Shown one piece after another: positions 51,660 through 64,000 of a stretch of DNA of 64,000 bases. Made by a program: the position numbers and the translations under genes. Position 1 is the stretch's first letter. Every line of letters begins with the position of its first letter. The notes beneath the pieces were generated by a model. It did no database searches, was not told where the DNA came from, and worked only from the letters and a program-made list of their open reading frames with translations. This stretch comes from Balanoglossus misakiensis (Eukaryota > Animalia > Hemichordata): assembly GCA_040954595.2 (NCBI GenBank), contig CM082590.2, positions 11,408,655 to 11,472,654 on the forward strand, in the 5' to 3' direction.

Positions 51660-53660
51660 ATTGCAGTTATCCCTAGATTGGATGGCGATGTCTGTATACC
51701 AGAAAAACAAGTGGAAAGTGATATCCCGAGAGGTAAAATGTCGAATCAAGTGATTGGTGATTTTTAGCAAGATGAATTCATGAGTTGATTTGCTCCAACG
51801 AATTGAATCAGTATCCGCCGTAATATACTGACAACAAGTGTAGTTGATTTTTAGCAAGCAGCAGGGTTTGACTCTGGAAAAACAATGCATGCTTAACAAC
51901 TTCTTGAAAGTTTTTACAGATTGCTGTTATTCCTGGACTTGATGTCGATGTCTGTATACCAGAAAAACAAGTGGAAAGTGATATCCCGAGAGGTAAAGTG
52001 TCGAATCAAGTGATTGGTGGTTTTAAGCAAGATGAAGTCATGAGTTGATTTGCTCCAACGAATTGAATCAGAATCCGCGGTAATATACTGACAACATGTG
52101 TAGTTGATTTTTAGCAAGCAGCAGGGTTTGACTCTGGAAAAACAATGCATGCTTAACAACTTCTTGAAAGTTTTTACAGATTGCTGTTATTCCTGGACTT
52201 GATGTCGATGTCTGTATACCAGAAAAACAAGTGGAAAGTGATATCCCGAGAGGTAAAATGTCGAATATACTGACAACAAGTGTAGTTGATTTTTAGCAAG
52301 CAGCAGGGTTTGACTCTGGGAAAACAATGCATGCTTAACAACTTCTTGAAAGTTTTTACAGATTGCTGTTATTCCTGGACTTGATGCCGATGTCTGTATA
52401 CCAGAAAAACAAGTGGAAAGTGATATCCCGAGAGGTAAAATGTCGAATCAAGTGATTGGTGATTTTTAGCAAGATGAATTAATGAGTTGATTTGCTCCAA
52501 CGAATTGAATCAGTATCCGCCGTAATATACTGACAACAAGTGTAGTTGATTTTTAGCAAGCAGCAGGGTTTGACTCTGGGAAAACAATGCATGCTTAACA
52601 ACTTCTTGAAAGTTTTTACAGATTGCTGTTATTCCTGGACTTGATGCCGATGTCTGTATACCAGAAAAACAAGTGGAAAGTGATATCCCGTGAGGTTAAG
52701 TGTCAAATCAAGTGATTGTTGATTTTTAGCAAGATGAATTCATGAGTTGATTGTCTCCAACGAATTGAATCAGTATCCGCGGTAATATACTGACAACAAG
52801 TGTAGTTGATTTTTAGCAAGCAGCAGGGTTTGACTCTGGGAAAACAATGCATGCTTAACAACTTCTTGAAAGTTTTTACAGATTGCTGTTATTCCTGGAC
52901 TTGATGCCGATGTCTGTATACCAGAAAAACAAGTGGAAAGTGATATCCCGAGAGGTTAAGTGTCGAATCAAGTGATTGTTGATTTTTAGCAAGATGAATT
53001 CATGAGTTGATTTTCTCCAACAAATTGAATCAGAATCCGCGGTAATATACTGACAACATGTGTAGTTGATTTTTAGCAAGCAGCAGAGTTTGACTCTGGA
53101 AAAACAATGCATGCTTAACAACTTCTTGAAAGTTTTTACAGATTGCTGTTATTCCTGGACTTGATGTCGATGTCGGTATACCAGAAAAACAAGTGGAAAG
53201 TGATATCCCGAGAGGTAAAATGTCGAATCAAGTGATTGGTGATTTTTAGCAAGATGAATTCATGAGTTGATTTTCTCCAACAAATTGAATCAGAATCCGC
53301 GGTAATACACTGACAACATGTCTACTTGATTTTTAGCAAGCAGCAGTATTTGACTCTGGAAAAACAATGCATGCTTAACAACTTCTTGAAAGTTTTTACA
53401 GATTGCTGTTATTCCTGGACTTGATGTCGATGTCGGTATACCAGAAAAACAAGTGGAAAGTGATAACCCGAGAGGTTAAGTGTCAAATCAAGTGATTGTT
53501 GATTTTTAGCAAGATGAATTCATGAGTTGATTGTCTCCAACGAATTGAATCAGTATCCGCGGTAATATACTGACAACAAGTGTAGTTGATTTTTAGCAAG
53601 CAGCAGGGTTTGACTCTGGGAAAACAATGCATGCTTAAAACTCCTTGTAAGTTTTTACAG
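51660..53660. repeat. 260-bp monomer block, 8 copies (one shortened to 182 bp)
   Basis: Starts at 51660, 51920, 52180 (78-bp deletion), 52362, 52622, 52882, 53142 and 53402. Confidence 0.95.
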
Positions 53661-55447
53661 ATTATTCTGGATTGAATGATGTCTGTATACCCGCGAAGAA
53701 GTGGAAAATGACTTTTGTGTAGCAGTCGAAGGATCAACTATTTGTATACAATGCATGGCAACTGGAAACATCTCCTTACAAGCTCTCCCAAGATGTGTTG
53801 AAGTCTACTGGTAAAGATGTGGAAAGTGATACTTAACTGGTGAGATGTTGAATGGAAACATTATTGTACATGTCAGAACCCCCAAGAAATGTTTAGCTTT
53901 TGATTCAATTTTAATTCTGGTCAGAAATCTGTCTTTTCAGATGGTTGTTGTCTGTTGTTTGTCGGTCACTAAATGACAGAAAGTATTGGTCTGGTCTTGA
54001 CATTTTTTCCTCTGGTTGTTTATTTATTACTGTTGTGAATTTATTTCATATTTGTGGAGCAATTTTTTGTGATAAAATCCTCTTTCATTCCAATTATTGT
54101 GCCATATCACAGCGATGTTGTCTCAGCTGTTGTGTCCGTTATTCAGAATTTAATTATACAAGTGAAAATGTTATGGTATTTGTGTTCTCCCACCTCAGAA
54201 AACTCAAAACTTTTTGTCAATTCAAGAGAGCAAGTTAAGAACTAACAATTAGACACAAACTGTCAATTTTTTATTGAAAAAGAACTATCTTCACAATATT
54301 TCTCAAATTAAACAAACTTCTGATTAAAATAAATATTTTGCATAATATTTCAAGTGAAAGCAAATTGATTTCTTTTCCGACTTCTAGCTGAATTATGCCT
54401 AAGGGCTTTAATGTCACTTGGGGATTTTTATTGAATGATATACATGTACACATCAAATTTTCAGCAAGCCAGCCTGGAGATCAGTGGATACCCACATAGC
54501 TCATTTTCATCCATTACACTGCGCGTGTGCACTTCACATCATCATTTAGTTAATTTTTTTGTGGGTCCAGTGATCTTCAGGAGAATACCCTTTCAGCCTA
54601 ATTGTAAGCATAATATTAATCAATATACTAACATCCATGACAACTAACATAGTAGTATAAGTAGTATTTAGGCTGAAAAGGTATTTGGCAGTAGCTGATG
54701 GGATGTGGGCAATTTTAAAACTTTTTAAATCAAACTGTAAATAGTGATAAATTTGGTCAACCATGCAGTTGATAAACTCAATGGAATTTATTTACATTGC
54801 TTGTAATCAAAATTAGATTCCGTTCGTACTTGCTCTCACAAGACCTGATAAAGACACCATTTTTGGTCAAAACAAACATTATTCATGCAATTTAGTTATT
54901 TTTTGTGGTGCTCTAAGTCTGAAGTAGGTCATTATGTGTACATAAATCTAAGGGAGAAAAATGTTGGAGCCTATACTAGGAAAAGTATTGTTCCCTTGTA
55001 CAAGTCTTCAGACTTTGTGATTAATTAAGGTTTACAATTGTTTGGAAAGCATAAATGTGGACAAATCTATTGTTGAAATGTTCCTCTTTTCTACTGTGCT
55101 ATGATGAATTCCCTTTATTTCCACCCAATGTGGAATACAAGAAGGGATTTTTGAGCACAGATGTTAAATTTTTGATACCCTTAATGACATATGTCAGCAC
55201 ATCAGAGATATTAGGTCATTGTAGTATTCAAAAACTTAAAATGAAAGAAATGTAAAATGCTGATTGGTAGCTTGGTGTTGTGGGAGGGGTGCATGGCACA
55301 CTTGATGTCCAAGGTTGGTTTGTCTGGCAGTGATTAGATTTTCTCTGTGTAATATACGGAACACAAATGTAGTTGATTTTAGGAAGCATTAGAGGTAAAC
55401 TTTCTGTAATTAATGCATGCTTAACAGCTCCTTGTAAGTTATTACAG

Positions 55448-58400
55448 ATTGCAGTTATCCCTAGATTGGATGCCGATGTCTGTATACCAGAAAAACAAGT
55501 GGAAAGTGATATCCCGAGAGGTAAAATGTCGAATCAAGTGATTGGTGATTTTTAGCAAGATGAATTAATGAGTTGATTTTCTCCAACAAATTGAATCAGA
55601 ATCCGCGGTAATATACTGACAACATGTGTAGTTGATTTTTAGCAAGCAGCAGAGTTTGAGTCTGGAAAAACAATGCATGCTTAACAACTTCTTGAAAGTT
55701 TTTACAGATTGCTGTTATTCCTGGACTTGATGTCGATGTCTGTATACCAGAAAAACAAGTGGAAAGTGATATCCCGTGAGGTTAAGTGTCAAATCAAGTG
55801 ATTGTTGATTTTTAGCAAGATGAATTAATGAGCTGATTTGCTCCAACGAATTGAATCAGTATCCGCCGTAATATACTGACAACAAGTGTAGTTGATTTTT
55901 AGCAAGCAGCGGGGTTTGACTCTGGGAAAACAATGCATGCTAAACAACTTCTTGAAAGTTTTTACAGATAGCTGTTATTCCTGGACTTGATGTCGATGTC
56001 TGTATACCAGAAAATCAAATGGAAAGTGATATCGCGAGAGGTAAAGTGTCGAATCAAGTGATTGGTGATTTTTAGCAAGATGAATTCATGAGTTGATTTT
56101 CTCCAACAAATTGAATCAGTATCCGCCGTAATATACTGACATTAAGTGTAGTTGATTTTTAGCAAGCAGCAGGGTTTGACTCTGGAAAAACAATGCATGC
56201 TAAACAACTTCTTGAAAGTTTTTACAGATAGCTGTTATTCCTGGACTTGATGTCGATGTCTGTATACCAGAAAATCAAGTGGAAAGTGATATCGCGAGAG
56301 GTAAAGTGTCGAATCAAGTGATTGGTGATTTTTAGCAAGATGAATTCATGAGTTGATTTTCTCCAACAAATTGAATCAGTATCCGCCGTAATATACTGAC
56401 ATTAAGTGTAGTTGATTTTTAGCAAGCAGCAGGGTTTGACTCTGGAAAAACAATGCATGCTAAACAACTTCTTGAAAGTTTTTACAGATAGCTGTTATTC
56501 CTGGACTTGATGTCGATGTCTGTATACCAGAAAATCAAGTGGAAAGTGATATCGCGAGAGGTAAAGTGTCGAATCAAGTGATTGGTGATTTTTAGCAAGA
56601 TGAATTCATGAGTTGATTTTCTCCAACAAATTGAATCAGAATCCGCGGTAATATACTGACAACATGTGTAGTTGATTTTTAGCAAGCAGCAGAGTTTGAC
56701 TCTGGAAAAACAATGCATGCTTAACAACTTCTTGAAAGTTTTTACAGATTGCTGTTATTCCTGGACTTGATGGCGATGTCTGTATACCAGAAAAAGAAGT
56801 GGAAAGTGATATCCCGAGAGGTAAAATGTCGAATCAAGTGATTGGTGATTTTTAGCAAGATGAATTCATGAGTTGATTTGCTCCAACGAATTGAATCAGT
56901 ATCCGCCGTAATATACTGACAACAAGTGTAGTTGATTTTTAGCAAGCAGCAGGGTTTGACTCTGGGAAAACAATGCATGCTTAACAACTTCTTGAAAGTT
57001 TTTACAGATTGCTGTTATTCCTGGACTTGATGTCGATGTCTGTATACCAGAAAAACAAGTGGAAAGTGATATCCCGAGAGGTAAAATGTCGAATCAAGTG
57101 ATTGGTGATTTTTAGCAAGATGAATTCATGAGTTGATTTTCTCCAACAAATTGAATCAGAATCCGCCGTAATATACTGACAACAAGTCTACTTGATTTTT
57201 AGCAAGCAGCAGGGTTTGACTCTGGAAAAACAATGCATGCTTAACAACTTCTTGAAAGTTTTTACAGATTGCTGTTATTCCTGGACTTGATGTCGATGTC
57301 TGTATACCAGAAAAACAAGTGGAAAGTGATATCGCGAGAGGTAAAGTGTCGAATCAAGTGATTGGTGATTTTTAGCAAGATGAATTCATGAGTTGATTTT
57401 CTCCAACAAATTGAATCAGAATCCGCGGTAATATACTGACAACATGTGTAGTTGATTTTTAGCAAGCAGCAGGATTTGACTCTGGAAAAACAATGCATGC
57501 TTAACAACTTCTTGAAAGTTTTTACAGATTGCTGTTATTCCTGGACTTGATGTCGATGTCGGTATACCAGAAAAACAAGTGGAAAGTGATAACCCGAGAG
57601 GTTAAGTGTCAAATCAAGTGATTGTTGATTTTTAGCAAGATGAATTCATGAGTTGATTTTCTCCAACGAATTGAATCAGTATCCGCGGTAATATACTGAC
57701 AACAAGTGTAGTTGATTTTTAGCAAGCAGCAGGATTTGACTCTGGAAAAACAATGCATGCTTAACAACTTCTTGAAAGTTTTTACAGATTGCTGTTATTC
57801 CTGGACTTGATGTCGATGTCGGTATACCAGAAAAACAAGTGGAAAGTGATAACCCGAGAGGTTAAGTGTCAAATCAAGTGATTGTTGATTTTTAGCAAGA
57901 TGAATTCATGAGTTGATTTTCTCCAACGAATTGAATCAGTATCCGCGGTAATATACTGACAACAAGTGTAGTTGATTTTTAGCAAGCAGCAGGATTTGAC
58001 TCTGGAAAAACAATGCATGCTTAACAACTTCTTGAAAGTTTTTACAGATTGCTGTTATTCCTGGACTTGATGTCGATGTCGGTATACCAGAAAAACAAGT
58101 GGAAAGTGATAACCCGAGAGGTTAAGTGTCAAATCAAGTGATTGTTGATTTTTAGCAAGATGAATTCATGAGTTGATTGTCTCCAACGAATTGAATCAGT
58201 ATCCGCGGTAATATACTGACAACAAGTGTAGTTGATTTTTAGCAAGCAGCAGGATTTGACTCTGGAAAAACAATGCATGCTTAACAACTTCTTGAAAGTT
58301 TTTACAGATTGCTGTTATTCCTGGACTTGATGTCGATGTCGGTATACCAGAAAAACAAGTGGAAAGTGATAACCCGAGAGGTTAAGTGTCAAATCAAGTG

Positions 58401-58826
58401 ATTGGTGATTTTTAGCAAGATGAATTCATGAGTTGATTTTCTCCAACAAATTGAATCAGAATCCGCGGTAATATACTGACAACATGTGTAGTTGATTTTT
58501 AGCAAGCAGCAGGATTTGACTCTGGAAAAACAATGCATGCTTAACAACTTCTTGAAAGTTTTTACAGATTGCTGTTATTCCTGGACTTGATGTCGATGTC
58601 GGTATACCAGAAAAACAAGTGGAAAGTGATAACCCGAGAGGTTAAGTGTCAAATCAAGTGATTGTTGATTTTTAGCAAGATGAATTCATGAGTTGATTGT
58701 CTCCAACGAATTGAATCAGTATCCGCGGTAATATACTGACAACAAGTGTAGTTGATTTTTAGCAAGCAGCAGGGTTTGACTCTGGGAAAACAATGCATGC
58801 TTAAAACTCCTTGTAAGTTTTTACAG
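55448..58826. repeat. 260-bp monomer block, 13 copies
   Basis: Starts at 55448 and every 260 bp to 58568. Confidence 0.95.
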
Positions 58827-61800
58827 ATTATTCTGGATTGAATGATGTCTGTATACCCGCGAAGAAGTGGAAAATGACTTTTGTGTAGCAGTCGAAGGAT
58901 CAACTATTTGTATACAATGCATGGCAACTGGAAACAGCTCCTTACAAGCTCTCCCAAGATGTGTTGAAGTCTACTAGTAAAGATGTGGAAAGTGATACTT
59001 AACTGGTGAGATGTTGAATGAAAACATTATTGTACATGTCAGAACCCCCAGGAAATGTTTAGCTTTTGATTCAATTTTAATTCTGGTCAGAAATCTGTCT
59101 TTTCAGATGGTTGTTGTCTGTTGTTTGTCGGTCACTAAATGACAGAAAGTATTGGTCTGGTCTTGACATTTTTTCCTCTGGGTGTTTATTTATTACTGTT
59201 GTGAATTTATTTTATATTTGTGGAGCAATTTTTTGTGATAAAATCCTCTTTCATTCCAATTATTGTGCCATATCACAGCGATGTTGTCTCAGCTGTTGTG
59301 TCCGTTATTCAGAATTTAATTATACAAGTGAAAATGTTATGGTATTTGTGTTCTCCCACCACAGAAAACTCAAAACTTTTTGTCAATTCAAGAGAGCAAG
59401 TTAAGAACTAACAATTAGACACAAACTGTCAATTTTTTATTGAAAAAGAACTATCTTCACAATATTTCTCAAATTAAACAAACTTCTGATTAAAATAAAT
59501 ATTTTGCATAATATTTCAAGTGAAAGCAAATTGATTTCTTTTCCGACTTCTAGCTGAATTATGCCTAAGGGCTTTAATGTCACTTGGGGATTTTTATTGA
59601 ATGATATACATGTACACATCAAATTTTCAGCAAGCCAGCCTGGAGATCAGTGGATACCCACATAGCTCATTTTCATCCATTACACTGCGCGTGTGCACTT
59701 CACATCATCATTTAGTTAATTTTTTTGTGGGTCCAGTGATCTCCAGGAGAATACCCTTTCAGCCTAATTGTAAGCATAATATTAATCAATATACTAACAT
59801 ACATGACAACTAACATAGTAGTATAAGTAGTATTTAGGCTGAAAAGGTATTTGGCAGTAGCTGATGGGATATGGGCAATTTTAAAACTTTTTAAATCAAA
59901 CTGTAAATAGTGACAAATTTGGTCAACCATGCAGTTGATAAACTCAATGGAATTTATTTGCATTGCTTGTAATCAAAATTAGATTCCGTTCGTACTTGCT
60001 CTCACAAGACCTGGTAAAGACACCATTTTTGGTCAAAACAAACATTATTCATGCAATTTAGTTATTTTTTGTGGTGCTCTAAGTCTGAAGTAGGTCATTA
60101 TGTGTACATAAATCTAAGGGAGAAAAATGTTGGAGCCTATACTAGGAAAAGTATTGTTCCCTTGTACAAGTCTTCAGACTTTGTGATTAATTAAGGTTTA
60201 CAATTGTTTGGAAAGCATAAATGTGGACAAATCTATTGTTGAAATGTTCCTCTTTTCTACTGTGCTATGATGAATTCCCTTTATTTCACCCAATGTGGAA
60301 TACAAGAAGGGATTTTTGAGCACAGATGTTAAATTTTTGATACCCTTAATGACATATGTCAGCACATCAGAGATATTAGGTCATTGTAGTATTCAAGAAC
60401 TTAAAATGAAAGAAATGTAAAATGCTGATTGGTAGCTTGGTGTTGTGGGAGGGGTGCATGGCACACTTGATGTCCAAGGTTGGTTTGTCTGGCAGTGATT
60501 AGATTTTCTCTGTGTAATATACGGAACACAAATGTAGTTGATTTTAGGAAGCAGTAGAGGTAAACTTTCTGTAATTAATGCATGCTTAACAGCTCCTTGT
60601 AAGTTATTACAGATTGCAGTTATCCCTAGATTGGATGCCGATGTCTGTATACCAGAAAAACAAGTGGAAAGTGATATCCCGAGAGGTAAAATGTCGAATC
60701 AAGTGATTGGTGATTTTTAGCAAGATGAATTCATGAGTTGTTTGCTCCAACGAATTGAATCAGTATCCGCCGTAATATACTGACAACAAGTGTAATTGAT
60801 TTTTAGCAAGCAGCAGGGTTTGACTCTGGAAAAACAATGCATGCTTAACAACTTCTTGAAAGTTTTTACAGATTATTCTGGATTGAATGATGTCTGTATA
60901 CCCGCGAAGAAGTGGAAAATGACTTTTGTGTAGCAGTCGAAGGATCAACTATTTGTATACAATGCATGGCAACTGGAAACAGCTCCTTACAAGCTCTCCC
61001 AAGATGTGTTGAAGTCTACTAGTAAAGATGTGGAAAGTGATACTTAACTGGTGAGATGTTGAATGAAAACATTATTGTACATGTCAGAACCCCCAAGAAA
61101 TGTTTAGCTTTTGATTCAATTTTAATTCTGGTCAGAAATCTGTCTTTTCAGATGGTTGTTGTCTGTTGTTTGTCGGTCACTAAATGACAGAAAGTATTGG
61201 TCTGGTCTTGACATTTTTTCCTCTGGTTGTTTATTTATTACTGTTGTGAATTTATTTCATATTTGTGGAGCAATTTTTTGTGATAAAATCCTCTTTCATT
61301 CCAATTATTGTGCCATATCACAGCGATGTTGTCTCAGCTGTTGTGTCCGTTATTCAGAATTTAATTATACAAGTGAAAATGTTATGGTATTTGTGTTCTC
61401 CCACCTCAGAAAACTCAAAACTTTTTGTCAATTCAAGAGAGCAAGTTAAGAACTAACAATTAGACACAAACTGTCAATTTTTTATTGAAAAAGAACTATC
61501 TTCACAATATTTCTCAAATTAAACAAACTTCTGATTAAAGTAAATATTTTGCATAATATTTCAAGTGAAAGCAAATTGATTTCTTTTCCGACTTCTAGCT
61601 GAATTATGCCTAAGGGCTTTTATGTCACTTGGGGATTTTTATTGAATGATATACATGTACACATCAAATTTTCAGCAAGCCAGCCTGGAGATCAGTGGAT
61701 ACCCACATAGCTCATTTTCATCCATTACACTGCGCGTGTGCACTTCACATCATCATTTAGTTAATTTTTTTGTGGGTCCAGTGATCTTCAGGAGAATACC

Positions 61801-62658
61801 CTTTCAGCCTAATTGTAAGCATAATATTAATCAATATACTAACATCCATGACAACTAACATAGTAGTATAAGTAGTATTTAGGCTGAAAAGGTATTTGGC
61901 AGTAGCTGATGGGATGTGGGCAATTTTAAAACTTTTTAAATCAAACTGTAAATAGTGACAAATTTGGTCAACCATGCAGTTGATAAACTCAATGGAATTT
62001 ATTTGCATTGCTTGTAATCAAAATTAGATTCCGTTCGTACTTGCAATCACAAGACCTGATAAAGACACCATTTTTGGTCAAAACAAACATTATTCATGCA
62101 ATTTAGTTATTTTTTGTGGTGCTCTAAGTCTGAAGTAGGTCATTATGTGTACATAAATCTAAGGGAGAAAAATGTTGGAGCCTATACTAGGAAAAGTATT
62201 GTTCCCTTGTACAAGTCTTCAGACTTTGTGATTAATTAAGGTTTACAATTGTTTGGAAAGCATAAATGTGGACAAATCTATTGTTGAAATGTTCCTCTTT
62301 TCTACTGTGCTATGATGAATTCCCTTTATTTCCACCCAATGTGGAATACAAGAAGGGATTTTTGAGCACAGATGTTAAATTTTTGATACCCTTAATGACA
62401 TATGTCAGCACATCAGAGATATTAGGTCATTGTAGTATTCAAAAACTTAAAATGAAAGAAATGTAAAATGCTGATTGGTAGCTTGGTGTTGTGGGAGGGG
62501 TGCATGGCACACTTGATGTCCAAGGTTGGTTTGTCTGGCAGTGATTAGATTTTCTCTGTGTAATATACGGAACACAAATGTAGTTGATTTTAGGAAGCAG
62601 TAGAGGTAAACTTTCTGTAATTAATGCATGCTTAACAGCTCCTTGTAAGTTATTACAG

Positions 62659-64000
62659 ATTGCAGTTATCCCTAGATTGGATGGCGATGTCTGTATACCA
62701 GAAAAACAAGTGGAAAGTGATATCCCGAGAGGTAAAATGTCGAATCAAGTGATTGGTGATTTTTAGCAAGATGAATTAATGAGTTGTTTGCTCCAACGAA
62801 TTGAATCAGTATCCGCCGTAATATACTGACAACAAGTGTAATTGATTTTTAGCAAGCAGCAGGGTTTGACTCTGGAAAAACAATGCATGCTTAACAACTT
62901 CTTGAAAGTTTTTACAGATTGCTGTTATTCCTGGACTTGATGTCGATGTCGGTATACCAGAAAAACAAGTGGAAAGTGATATCCCGAGAGGTAAAGTGTC
63001 GAATCAAGTGATTGGTGATTTTTAGCAAGATGAATTCATGAGTTGATTTGCTCCAACGAATTGAATCAGTATCCGCCGTAATATACTGACAACAAGTGTA
63101 GTTGATTTTTAGCAAGCAGCAGGGTTTGACTCTGGAAAAACAATGCATGCTTAACAACTTCTTGAAAGTTTTTACAGATTGCTGTTATTCCTGGACTTGA
63201 TGGCGATGTCTGTATACCAGAAAAAGAAGTGGAAAGTGATATCCCGAGAGGTGAAATGTCGAATCATGTGATTGGTGATTTTTAGCAAGATGAATTCATG
63301 AGTTGATTTGCTCCAACGAATTGAATCAGTATCCGCCGTAATATACTGACAACAAGTGTAGTTGATTTTTAGCAAGCAGTAGGGTTTGACTCTGGGAAAA
63401 CAATGCATGCTTAACAACTTCTTGAAAGTTTTTACAGATTGCTGTTATTCCTGGACTTGATGTCGATGTCGGTATACCAGAAAAACAAGTGGAAAGTGAT
63501 ATCCCGAGAGGTAAAATGTCGAATCAAGTGATTGTAGATTTTTAGCAAGATGAATTCATGAGTTGATTTGCTCCAACGAATTGAATCAGAATCCGCGGTA
63601 ATATACTGACAACATGTGTAGTTGATTTTTAGCAAGCAGCAGGGTTTGACTCTGGAAAAACAATGCATGCTTAACAACTTCTTGAAAGTTTTTACAGATT
63701 GCTGTTATTCCTGGACTTGATGTCGATGTCTGTATACCAGAAAAACAAGTGGAAAGTGATATCCCGAGAGGTAAAGTGTCGAATCAAGTGATTGGTGGTT
63801 TTAAGCAAGATGAAGTCATGAGTTGATTTGCTCCAACGAATTGAATCAGAATCCGCGGTAATATACTGACAACAAGTGTAGTTGATTTTTAGCAAGCAGC
63901 AGGGTTTGACTCTGGGAAAACAATGCATGTTTAACAACTTCTTGAAAGTTTTTACAGATTGCTGTTATTCCTGGACTTGATGTCGATGTCTGTATACCAG
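62659..64000. repeat. 260-bp monomer block, at least 6 copies (truncated by the window end)
   Basis: Starts at 62659, 62918, 63178, 63438, 63698 and 63958. Confidence 0.95.

Larger units (their letters stand above)
44060..64000. repeat. Nested higher-order tandem array (macrosatellite): ~1.79-kb spacer + variable number of 260-bp monomers; continues past the window
   Basis: Anchor ORF MILGS.. recurs at 45414, 47460, 51585, 55373, 60538 and 62584. The spacings 2046, 4125, 3788, 5165 and 2046 equal ~1785 + n x 260. Confidence 0.97.

Noticed and set aside
47788-63937. Many near-identical 81-aa minus-strand ORFs (MLSMHCFSRVKPCC...)
   Set aside because: By-products of the 260-bp repeat: non-ATG starts, stops in many copies, no recognisable domain; the splice signals point to the + strand.
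44060-64000. CRISPR-like repeat/spacer array or rDNA/histone/5S/snRNA tandem cluster
   Set aside because: Eukaryotic context, no unique spacers or cas genes, and no recognisable rRNA, tRNA, snRNA or histone sequence in the units.

Overview
AT-rich, intron-containing eukaryotic DNA. An invertebrate, possibly a deuterostome such as a hemichordate, is my inference from gene style only. Positions 1-43 kb hold four protein-coding genes, which I spliced by hand with GT-AG junctions and consistent phases. (1) hedgehog exons 2 and 3 on + (exon 1 lies upstream of the window); its last exon and 3' UTR carry a dense cluster of perfect TGACGTCA octamers. (2) A ~26-exon, ~1800-aa minus-strand gene: unrecognised N-terminal region, two tyrosine-kinase-fold domains that both lack catalytic residues, an SH3 domain and a tail rich in phosphotyrosine/PxxP motifs. 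(3) A SKICH/coiled-coil gene (TAX1BP1/NDP52/CALCOCO-like) with no visible zinc finger. (4) A CREBZF/Zhangfei-like bZIP gene with four predicted uORFs. From ~44 kb to the window end lies a three-tier nested tandem array: a ~1.79-kb spacer followed by 1, 9, 8, 13, 1 and >=6 copies of a 260-bp monomer, with a ~15.1-kb higher-order period. Every monomer contains a 73-nt cassette bounded by consensus splice signals, and every spacer contains a K-turn-like hairpin. This suggests the array is an amplified piece of a + strand transcription unit that starts head-to-head with the bZIP gene. No database searches were possible; family calls rest on recognised motifs.
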